From the NCBI RefSeq assembly GCF_001194135.2, contig NC_068988.1, forward strand, positions 54,915,677 through 54,979,676: a DNA stretch of 64,000 bases, read 5' to 3'. The notes under the pieces are model-generated. The model saw nothing but the letters and a program-made list of their open reading frames with translations. It did no database searches and had not been told where the DNA came from. The stretch is from Octopus bimaculoides (Eukaryota). Positions 1 to 11,009 of the stretch are shown here, piece after piece. The first letter of the stretch is position 1. Each line of letters starts with the position of its first letter. A program made the translations under genes and the position numbers.

Positions 1-680
1 TGCCAGGTCCCGATACTTCAGGGTTTTTGTTCCGTTCGGCTACAGAAACTGTGACCCTTCCATTTACCGTAACATCCAGGATGTGGGGAGGAGCAAAAGA
101 GTCACAGACTGTGACGTCCCAGATGTGACACCTACCTCTAATCCAGGGACAGAGAGTAAGACCATCTGGTCTCTTTCCATCACTTCTGTATAATCCCACC
201 AGTTCCAGAACAGAGGTGATATTAATCCGAGCCAGGGCCCGCTTAATGATTAGGTTTAACTCGGTGTGAAGAGCGAAAAGACCAGCATTTAGGCGGCAAA
301 ACAAACCGTGAAGACCTGCGGTATCAAAAGGCCTACCACAACGACATCTCAATCCCCTACAAACGTCAGCTCCCACTTTGAGCGCGATGGAGATACGGAG
401 CTCATCTAGACTGAGTAGACTTCCAATATTGGCCACAGGCTGGGCATTAATCCAGTCCCCCGAAAATTTTGGACGAGCAGAAAGTCGGTGACACCTTGAA
501 AATTGATCAGTTTGATCAAGGAGAGAGTTTAAAGTGACACTTGAATGCAGATTGTCCCATACTCTCTGCCTCCGTCTATCCTCCACTGTAACAGGTACTG
601 ACAACCCCAGCTCTCTCCGGAGTTTATCCATCTCCTTGTTGGAATTAGTCCATGTTGGTGCGTAAATATATCAGGAAGAG
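1..680 (-). mobile_element. CRE-like non-LTR retrotransposon fragment (zinc knuckle + restriction-like endonuclease), decayed
   Basis: Minus strand reads SGDWINAQP…LRISIALKVGADVC…CRCGRPFDTAGLHGLFC…DGKRPDGLTLCPW…WDVTVCD…AERNK, then after a 1-nt frameshift TLKYRDLA. Confidence 0.85.
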
Positions 681-1006
681 AGCCACTCCAGCAGATCATA
701 AAGAAGTTATATCGAATATTTTGCGCTGAGTTTTAAAATTTAATCGAGTTTTGTTAATTTCATATCATGTGCCATTTCTCCCTGATCCTCTTTCATTTGT
801 CCTTGATATTTGAAATTTTTGCTGCATTTCTGATCTTTCTGATGTCTTAGGAAAGATACCGATCCGTATAAATCTTTTTTGCAAATGTAATTCTAGAGAA
901 TTGAAGTGATAAATTTACCTTATCATGTCCTACTCATTTTGCCCCATGTAAATTTCTCTTTTGTATGCTCAAAGATATTTTTTTGAAATAGTGTTCTGCA
1001 TACGTT

Positions 1007-1155
1007 CAGGGCCGGCTCAAGATACCGGCAACTCAGGCAATCACCCGAGGCACGAAGAAGGGCGAGACAAAGACAAGGAAATTTCCACGACCGTCAGCTT
1101 GTACACGCTGAAGTTCAGCGTACCCAGAGTGTCAGTAACCCGAGGGTCGGCCCTG
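1007..1155. mobile_element. hAT-type MITE (149 bp)
   Basis: TIRs CAGGGCCGGC / GTCGGCCCTG; 8-bp TSD catacgtt (999-1006) and catatgtt (1156-1163), one mismatch. Confidence 0.8.
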
Positions 1156-1699
1156 CATATGTTATAGTGTTTTTAATGCATTTAGAGGTCATTTTCTTAG
1201 CTGATATAGTTTTGTAAGGTAGTGAATATTTGTGAAAAAGAAAGAATTTTTTTCTTAAGGTAAAAAAAATGCAGTAAATATTACTCATTGTGCCCCACCA
1301 ACCCTACTGGAAACTGGAAAAGTGGACTTTCAGAATAACTGGCCAAATTAACTTGGAATTTTCCCCCCTTTTGTCGGGATTTTCCCTTTTTTAAATCATG
1401 CATTGCAAAACATTGAAGGAAAACCTTTTTAAAACAAGAATTTAAAAAATTCATGTCTTTTAAATGTTGTCTCCCCCACTCACACACCACACACACACTC
1501 ATCGTACCTTTGGAACAGCGACAACTAAAATGATCTTACCCTCCTCTTTCTTCCTTGTACTGATGTAGTTTTTGTAAGGCCGTGAACATTTGTAAACATT
1601 TTTCTCAATGGAAAATGTAGTAAATATTACTCATTGTACCCCATTCCTTATCTGATATACATTCATACATACACACTTATGTATATATGTGTGTGTCTA

Positions 1700-2647
1700 C
1701 AAAGATATGTGTATCTATTTGTATGCAGAGAACTTTTTATTATTATCCGGTTTTGTTCGAACGAAACCGAAACGGAAGTATGCATATCACTCGATTGTAA
1801 AGTTTTTCGTATTAAAAGCAAAAATCTCTGACTGCACATATATATTATATTATTTTATTATCGGTTTCTTTCTTTCCCAATAACTTTTTTATTAACAACT
1901 ATAACAAATGAAAAAGAATTATAATTACAAACACTGAATTACTTTGGTATTTTTCTGCAGGATGTAAAAGCTAAGACAATACTAGCTCTGTATGTTATTA
2001 ACAGACGGTATTTTGTACATTCGAGGAGAATCGTTTGATTGTTTAATTAAAAATATACATTTTGCTTTCTCTTTCCACACGGTCTCATTCTGTATCATGT
2101 AAAACATCGAGCTACAAATTTGTAAGTATAGATGGCTAAACGTATTCTTCTAAATGTATATATTTTCATCTTTGTTGTTGTTGCTATTGATATTCTATCA
2201 AATTCCAGTTGTTTGTTTTATTTTTGCTCGTCAAGGAAAATATGGTTGTTTAGTGAAACAAATGTTTTCTTCTCATTTACCGTGTTATTTATTTACAGGG
2301 AGAATGTGTGTCTTGTTACTGCAAACGTACAAATGGTTGTTACACACACACATATATATACATATATATATAATTTTTATTATGATAAGCACAAGTTTAT
2401 AATATTAGTTCGTACGTCCGTTTCACGATTGTGATTGTTTGGAACACTCTGCATTAGATATTCCAAGTGCAATTGGGTGCTTAACCATAATAGCTCACCG
2501 AGGAACACTTTGTTGCATTATGTCACGGAGAACTAATATCTACAGTTGGGTAGATGGCGAGGCATTTTATAAGTATTTTGAGAGAAGAATAGAAGATAGC
2601 TGGCAAAGGACAGAGAGGGACTGAGAAACAAGAGAAAGGGAGAGAGA

Positions 2648-2701
<54 letters not shown>

Positions 2702-4100
2702 TACAGAGAGAGAGGAGAGAGAGACAGTAGTTTGGTGTTAAAGCTATTTTCTACTTAGATGTTTATTTTAACTCTTCGTAAGTCTTATAATAACAGCATT
2801 ATTGATTAGACGTCCTCACACACACACACATATATATATATGTAAACGTAAATGTTTATACATTTATATACATGCACGTATCAGTGTAAATGTACGTGTA
2901 TTTACTCTTGCTCACATTCAAACTGTATACACATACATTTGTGTCCACCCACTGTCGCGTGGTTAAATGTGTGACACTGTGCATGTGTGTGTGTATGTGT
3001 GTTATGACTGTGTTCCGTTATTTGGTGTTTTTTTCCCTCTTTATTTAATCAATTATAAGTTCAGTTACGATTGAATCGACGGATACCTTCTCGCTATAGT
3101 TTCCTATTTACTGTATCTCGACATTTGATAGTGTCTCGTTTTCCTTAAGTTTGATAATTATAATGAAACTTCTTTCAATGGAATACTATCCTTGCCGTCG
3201 TCATCCGCCTTTCTCAGGAATACTATCACACAAGATTTTTACGAGCCTATGAGAGGGTACTACTAACCAGTTGATCGACTTTAGAAATAACAGCCAAATC
3301 ACTTTCTACTGTCCAAAATAAAGTGACTACGTCTAAACAAGACAAGCTGATTGTCATAGCCAGAACGCCTTTGATAATATTTTTGCTCGATCAGATTCGA
3401 CCTGGAGCACTAAAATATATATTTTAGTGTAATTTTCAAGATTTTGTTTGTTTTTCTTTCGAATAAGGGGGTGTATTCAAAAGAATGACTCGTAGTGAAG
3501 TCCCTAAAACGACGAGCTGGTTGCTCTTGTTCATTGATCTGCACGATCAGGTTTGACTTGAGACTAAACATCAACAACTGGAAATTTGTCAATTTTGGGG
3601 GGTGGGGTGGATATTGAATATTTCTGTACTTTTTATTATCTAAAACGATTACCATATACACAGCTGTTTCTCATACTTGTTATTGATGGTATTCTCAGCA
3701 AAATTCAACGCTAGCCGATATTTTGATATTCTATGTAACACAAACAAAAATGACAATTGAACTTAAAGAAATACCTCAGAGGAGCGTTCTGCGTACGTAA
3801 GTCGTCACGTACAATAAGTTTCTCTTATCATATAATGTATAATAGTAAACTAGTAAAATCGTCTATTAACATAGATTATCCTTACAATCAGACACTCTTT
3901 CTTAAGGTGGGTGGTTGTTAAAATTTTAGAAACGAACAAAAAATAGGGGAGATCACCCAGCTTCGGTTCATCCAAATTATTGGGAAAAGTTGACAATACA
4001 TTTTAGAGTGGATCAAGTCTTTAAAACTGGTGAAAGCAGTAAATCTGTTTTTATCACCTCAACGAAGTATATTCTGCCCAGTTGGCAAGACTTAGAGATG
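1700..4100. promoter_or_regulatory. Probable promoter / 5' non-coding exon region of PIKfyve
   Basis: CpG visibly retained compared with downstream introns; ETS-type CGGAAGT at 1773-1779; GT-box GGGTGGGG near 3600; strong donors GTAAGT at 2122 and 3797. The TSS is not determined. Confidence 0.4.
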
Positions 4101-6239
4101 ATAAGTATATATAGAAGGGAAATTAGTGTAAGCTAAAATGATTCAAAAGTGACTTCTGCTAGCTGTATATACATGTTATATTTACATTGTTGTATTTACA
4201 TTTTAGACACTTCTAGAGGGAGATTTGCTAACTAACTGCTAAGATAACCTGAGTTAACAAAGGTTTTCAAATCTACTCACAATGCCTTCATTGGGCTAGG
4301 GCTATAGTTGGAAACACTTGCTCAAGGTGCAATGCAGTGGAACAAAACATGTACCCATGTGGTTGGGAAGCAAACTTCATTCCACAAAACCATCCCTGTA
4401 CTTATATCATCATCTTTTAATGTCTTTCTTCCTTACTAGCATGAGTTGGACAGGTTGACAGGAGCTGGCAAGCCAGAGGACTGCACCAAGCTCCACTGTC
4501 TGTTTTGGCATGGTCTTTATGTCTGGATGCCCCTCTTAATGCCAACCACTTTACAGAGTGGACTGGATGCTTTTTACATGGCACCAGCCGTGGAAGGTCT
4601 GCTTTGGTATGATTTTTATGGCTAGATGCCCTTCCAAGCACCAATCACTTTGCAAAGTGGACTTAATGCTTTTTACATGGCAACAGCATGATTGAGGTCC
4701 CCAAGCAACTTACAAGACAAAGTTCCTTTGGAGAGGGATGGTATTGAAGGAGGTGACTTTGTGCCAGCTGATGAGAGGTTAAGGTATGATAGAGGGACAG
4801 AAACATGTATCTTTCTGTAGAGGAGGTACATGATTACCCCAGTCAGAGAGAGAGAGAGCAAAGAAGAGACAGAGAGATAGTGATGATGTGCCAGAGCATA
4901 CTCTTAACGTATGAGGATGTGAATACAAATGGGAAGGTAGAGGATTGCCTGGAGTGCATAGGTAGGGAGTTCATGTGAATGCAAAAAAAGAGGATCCCAC
5001 CCATAATTTTCTCTAAATTCTGTCATCTGTGCTGAATGTACATTGCTGAGGAGATCTAAGAAGACTGAAACATTTCTATTGTTGTCACCAGTTGTACAGT
5101 CAAGACCCACTACTAGTTGCATCATCTTTATTTTCTAAATATTTGGGTTAGCTGATAATATTGGAATTTTTTTCTTTCGTATTATATTATATTTTTGCTA
5201 TTGATTTTAGATTATGAATAACAGTAGAGGGAGCATTTGTCTACTACTTGTAAGGTTAGTCTCAGTTAATCAAAGTTTTTCATCAGACTATATTACATAT
5301 GTGAGTCTCTGCCATGTACAAAAGCCTAACAATGTATTTATTATAAAAAGACCACAATCTTTAATCTTTCTTCAACAAAATACAAGCTAATCATCAATGT
5401 TTAATCATTCAGAATATTTCAGTAACATTCATTGATTACCAATAGTTCTATATAGAGCTGAACTGACAAGTCAAACTTTTATTTTGCTGCTCAGTTTGCT
5501 GACCTACTAGAAGTAGCAAACAACTCCCCCTTGTTTCACTCCATCTTGTCTTCAGTAAAGACGGATACATTGCCCCTGATATTAGAATAAACCGGATGGC
5601 CACAGCTGGATTGGCTTTGGTCACAAATCTGCTTGAGAGGCTAAATGATGACATAAGCATGTATACAAACATGTGATCTTCTTCCTCCTGTTGATTAATT
5701 GCTTTGATTACTATCTCTTTAATCCATTCACAAGTTTTCTAAAATTGTCACTTGAAATTTCTGCTTGTCAAAAACTTGACAGCTGCTTAAGTTTATTCTA
5801 TTTTAATAAAATGAGAGAGAGAGAGAGAGAGGGGGGAAATTTATCAGTGTTATTGTTTTCCATTTAATGTTGTCATGAGATTTTCTGAACTTGAAACTTT
5901 TTTTTATATTTAGTTTACTTTCATAACATGCATATATTTTTGTAACACATAGACTAAGTCATCTAAGTTATTTGAAATGACTAGTGATTTTTGTTAGCAG
6001 GTTTATTACCTGAACTGAGTTTGTAATGTTTTGTTATCTGTGTGTGTGTGTGTGTTTGCATGCATACACACACACACACACACATATTGTGTGTGTGTGT
6101 GTATATACACACTGTATATATGAACTGTACATAAAACTCAAGAGGTTGAAACTTGAGCACTACTAAGTGTATTCTATACATTTGAGGTTCAAATGTCATA
6201 ATATGAGTGGCAGGATATTGTGAAGGGAATGTGATTAAA

Positions 6240-7320
6240 GAGTGCAAGTAAGTGGTGAAAGACCTGGATATGTATAGAGTTGGGTGAGGCTACCAGATAG
6301 CAATGATACAGAGGAACAGGACTGGGGACTGAGAACTAGGCATAGTGTATGGAGTTACATGTGGGTAGAACACACAGGTCAGGGGCTAGCAGATAGCAAT
6401 AATAGAGTGAAACAGGAGCATGTGGGTAGAACACACAGGATGGGGGTAAGCGGAGAGCAATGATACAGTGGCACAGGGCCAAGAGGACAGGATTAGGGAG
6501 TAGGAGGTAAACAAAGTACATGAAGAGGAAATGTGAAGAAAAGAAGAGATGTAGAGATATATTTTGGTTTGTTGTGGTAGAGTGTGTGTGAAGTTTTCTT
6601 GTTAAGTGTGGATGGGACACACGGCACTTCTAGAACTCAGTTTCACTGACGTGGATGGGTCTTCTCAAGAACATATTGCCAGACATCTTGGTTCATTGTC
6701 ATTTTGTGCGTGAGGCCCAACTTCCTGAGATCGGTCCTTACCATTTCATCCCCTGTCTTCCTGGGTCTCCCTCTTCCACGAGTACCATCCACTTTCAGTG
6801 ATTGGCACTTCTTTATGCAGCTGCCCTCATTCATATGAATTACATGTCCAAACCAGCATAGTCTTCTCTCTTGCATACTACATTTGATTCCTCTTATGCC
6901 CAACTTTCCTCTCAATACATTTGCACTTTGCCATACATGTACACTGATGCTGCACATCCATCTGAGCATATTACCTTTGTTTCTCTCCAGTCTATGCATG
7001 CCTTCTGCATTCAGAGCCCATGTCTTACTACCATAGAGTATAGCCATTCACACATAAGCATCATATAGTCTACCTTTCACTCTGAGAGAGAGTCCTTTTG
7101 TTGCCAACAAATGTAATAGCTCTCTGAACTTCTTCCACCCAATTCTTATTCTAGAGATAATACTTTCAGAGCATCCTCTGCCATTGCTAATTTGGTTATC
7201 TAGGTAACTGAAACTATCTACAATCTTGAGAGCCTCCAAGGCATTTGAGAGAATCTAAGTCCCATGTGCTCTTAGTGCTTTTTGTTCCTGCACATCTGCC
7301 ATATACAAAGATGACTTTAT
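6240..7320 (-). mobile_element. Decayed RTE-clade LINE 3' part (RT C-terminus, ORF end, pyrimidine-rich 3' UTR)
   Basis: Minus ORFs 7048-7239 and 6643-7047: VDSFSYL…RIRIGWKKFRELL…LYGSKTW…RRLCWFGHV…GRGRPRKT…VLEKT. Confidence 0.9.
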
Positions 7321-7870
7321 CTGAATGGAGGATTATGCCAGATAACCATTCTTCTTTTTTACATGGGTATGGTAGGTAACACTCCATGTATATTAATTTA
7401 TCACTAAAGCCATTTCTTGCTAAAACCGTGTTGTAATAGAGTACTGCCCTATTGAAAAATTCTCAGTCTGATGTTAAGCTGGAGATTCTTCTGATACCTT
7501 TAATCAGGTTACTGATTACAGATAGCAGGTGGTTAAAATATTTGTTAACCCTTTCCTCATTGGGTTTCTGTTGGAGTAGCAAGTACTTGCTTGCTTTAAA
7601 GTGTAGGTTAGGATCCAGGAAGTCAAATTTTGTTAAATTGGTGATGACATTTATGGATAAGCTGAACTCTTTGAGGAAGCAAATAAGGTTCTTCTTAAGC
7701 TTATTCATGGTATAGTTGCTCATATGGCTACTCTATACTGGGCCAAATTGTGTGGGTGTGTATGTTTTCTTAGAGTATCAAGGATGAAGAGCCCTATGAG
7801 GTCAGTGACCTTGGTCCTGTCATAGACCTATGGATATGTTAAATAGCAGGTCACCCTTCTTTTTACCCAG
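7321..7870 (-). mobile_element. Penelope-like element RT fragment, decayed
   Basis: Minus-strand motifs TDLIGLFILDTL, NLTKFDFLD, KPNEE…FNH, RRISSLTSD*EFFNRA…YNTVLARNGF and IWHNPPF match PLE RT motifs as I recall them. Confidence 0.75.
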
Positions 7871-9464
7871 TATGGATCTTCATGAAATAGAAGTAAGGTC
7901 CTAGCATTCATAATGATTCTGATGTCAAAGTCACTAAGTCATGTTTCCACACCCACAAAACTTTAAATAATATGAGAAGTAAAGTGAACCTGTTAATAGA
8001 TATGCACACACACATACAAACATTCACTTGTTAATTCATGTAACAACCATTTCCCCATGCTAGTATGAGTTGGACAGAGATTTATTTGTGGCAGGATTTT
8101 ACAGGGCCCTATGTTTTTTTGTGCCATTAATCCTTACCTGTTCTTCAAGCAAAGGATTGTTTTACACAGTTCTTTGAAAACAGTAAGTGACTTAACAACA
8201 AATGTAAACATCATTGCTGTAAACATCATCAATGTAAACATCATCACTATTTCCCTCAGATACTGACAAGCTGCTATTTATCAACATTACACACACACAC
8301 ACATACTTGCATATGCAAATCTCTCTCTCTCTCTCTCTTTCCCTCCTTTTTCTATCCATCCATCTACCTGTTCATTGGTAATCCTACAGTTTCCATTTGC
8401 TAAGTTTCACTTACAAGGTGTTGGTCTGCTTGGGGCTATAGAAAACATTTATAGTGCTGCAGAGTAGGACTTGGCCCAAAACCATGCAGTTTGAAAGGAA
8501 ACTTCTCAACCACACTGCCATGGTTGACATGAATAAAGTCATATTCAATATAGAACCATATTTATTAATAATTACAGGATGCCTTGACAATTGACTTGAT
8601 TTCAGATCGTGTGTTTCAAACTGAAATATTACAGTGCAGAAGTCTTATAGTAGATACTTAATTACTTTATATATTCAAATGTTCTAATTAATTTGATAGT
8701 GAAAGCACTACACAAGCATGTGACATTGATAAAATAAGCTGAATAAAATACTAAAATTGCTTTTCTTGCTATTTTTCATATTCATTTCTCAACGCTAGAA
8801 TTTGATTTGATGGTTCCTACAAATCTGGGTTATTTAAATTCTATGGAGCTGAGTATTCCACAGCTGGAGTTTCACACTGACAACCACTCCATTATTCTAT
8901 TCAAAGACGGGCTCTATCCCAAATCCTCCAAACTTATTTCACCTTGTACCACTCTCTATTAAGACTGCAGCCTATTTCCAGTGACCTTTGGGACCTTGCT
9001 TAAAAGAAGTGTCAATGTCTGTTGAAAGATTTGAACTAATTAATTATCTTAATCACTACTCAGCTCATATGACTCCTTCTTAGTGTATATTTAATAGGCA
9101 GAGGAGTCAACCACGATCAACAATCTATTTATGACGATATCTATTCATAGGTTCACCACATGCTACACTTAAATATTCTCTTTATATCTTGTGTCATTTC
9201 AATTTTTATGTTGTCATAGGATTACTTTTGACACATATTTCTGTTGTTTAAATTAATTGTTTCCGAAGCTTTTCTTTACCATTTTTAAAAGTCTTTTCTT
9301 TCAATATTTCTCTTATCTACTTTTTACATCTATTTTATCATTATTTTCATTTATTCCGGTTTTTTTTTTGTGAGGATTTAGTTTTCAGCAGTGTATAAGT
9401 GCAGATATAGTTGTGAAGATAAGAAGTTCACTCTACAGCCATGCGGCTGTGAAGTGAATTTTTC

Positions 9465-9506
<42 letters not shown>

Positions 9507-9518
9507 GTGTGTGTGTGT

Positions 9519-9776
9519 NNNNNNNNNNNNNNNNNNNNNNNNNNNNNNNNNNNNNNNNNNNNNNNNNNNNNNNNNNNNNNNNNNNNNNNNNNNNNNNNNN
9601 NNNNNNNNNNNNNNNNNNNNNNNNNNNNNNNNNNNNNNNNNNNNNNNNNNNNNNNNNNNNNNNNNNNNNNNNNNNNNNNNNNNNNNNNNNNNNNNNNNNN
9701 NNNNNNNNNNNNNNNNNNNNNNNNNNNNNNNNNNNNNNNNNNNNNNNNNNNNNNNNNNNNNNNNNNNNNNNNNNNN
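9519..9776. other. Assembly gap (N); further gaps at 28329-28560, 41787-42527 and 53631-54492
   Basis: Runs of N, mostly bounded by microsatellites or young repeats. Confidence 0.99.
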
Positions 9777-9984
9777 TATATATATATATATATATGCATA
9801 TATATTCTTTGTATTATATATATATATAGATATATGTATGTATTGTATTTATACATACATATATATAAGGAGATGGGATTCAGATGTAGTAATGGTGAGG
9901 TTGGTAGGAGTATAGTACTGAGAATAATAAACTAATAATATTAATAATAATAATAATAAGAATAACAACAATAATAATAATAAC

Positions 9985-10340
9985 AACAAAAGCACTCAGA
10001 GAGTGCAAACCTCTGCCAAGGCAACACCAACGTCCTCTCAATGATTAGCCGGAGATGAGTTTTAAAATGAGAATATCTGAAATAAGCTAGACTGTTCTCA
10101 CAAATGAGAATACTAAAAATGAACCCGACTGCTCTCAAAAATTAAGTTAAAAAACAAAAAATAATCCAGAATCTATGTCCGGTACCAGATTGATCTCAAA
10201 ATCTAATCAGTTTGTGCCAGTCATGAAGCCAAACATCCCTGAAAGTTTCATCCAAATCCATCCAGTGGTTCTTGAGATATCTTGTTCAGAGACAAACAAA
10301 CACGACTGAAAAACAACACCTCCACCGTTGCTAAGGTCTA
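9985..10340. mobile_element. Helentron-associated non-autonomous element (HINE/DINE-1-like), copy 1
   Basis: Terminal stem-loop GCACTC-aga-GAGTGC (9992-10006) next to sub-TIR ACCTCTGCCAAGG; (AAAC)n tract and ACCTCC motif at the other end; a second copy is inverted at 29075-29392. Confidence 0.6.
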
Positions 10341-10389
10341 CAATCCATGTGATATGCCATGTATCACGAATACCAAGTTCCCTTAAACT

Positions 10390-10830
10390 GTGATGGTCTT
10401 TGCGTGTGTCTCCAGTAATGATGATGTCAAGCTGTCCTACATCTTTGACCAGAGCTTTAATATCGTTTCAGATGGCTATATGAAGCTGTTGAAACTGTGA
10501 TCAAATCCTGACTTGATGGGGTTGCTGGTGGAAGGCCATATGCATAGCAGCAGGATTTAGCTCCTTGCCATACCTCCAGAGAGATTCAGAAGTGGTTGTG
10601 GAAGAATTTCTATGATCCCACCAGCCCCAATTTCTGGCTTCCTAAATTCCCTCAGTTGTAATCCCATGGATTATTACCTGTGGAGCACAGTTTAGAAAGG
10701 CACCAACCATTCTTCCTGAAACACCAAGGCCAAGCTGGTGAGCAAGATCAACGAGGTGTTTGAAGATCTACCCAAGGACACAGTGAGGAAGGCATGCACC
10801 AGATTCTGAAACTGAGGGTAGCTGTTTTGA
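10390..10830 (+). pseudogene. Tc1/mariner DD37D (maT-type) transposase relic
   Basis: GRPYA*QQDLAPCHTS…WL…W.PNS.SCNPMDYYLW; the two Asp codons (10554 and 10669) are separated by 112 nt = 37 codons + 1 inserted base; several stops and frameshifts. Confidence 0.8.
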
Positions 10831-10974
10831 GTAGATTGTTATCTCCCAGCCACAATCTAGCTGATATTTTTTGAAATACTTCTATATTTGGATATTGTGT
10901 TTTTTTTCTTTTTATGCAAACTGTCAAATTTAGCTTGAACGCCGTGTGTGTGTATGTGTGTTTGTGTACATACG

Positions 10975-11009
<35 letters not shown>

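Noticed and set aside
1535-1610. Minus-strand first exon of a head-to-head gene (donor GTAAG near 1539)
   Set aside because: It lies in a locally duplicated segment and I found no downstream exon in 1-1500.
3410-3661. 83-aa minus-strand ORF as a divergent gene
   Set aside because: No recognisable homology and no supporting minus-strand exon chain; cannot be excluded without RNA data.
5500-5660. Open reading stretch FSKDGYIAPDIRINRM… as an extra exon
   Set aside because: It resembles a dispersed repeat (similar segments near 3260-3400, 36880-36960 and 61590-61800) and lies upstream of the in-frame stop that precedes the start codon.
9391-9935. Long ORFs at 9391-9935, 28232-28622, 41707-42681 and 53529-54603
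   Set aside because: They are open only because they run through N gaps and dinucleotide repeats.
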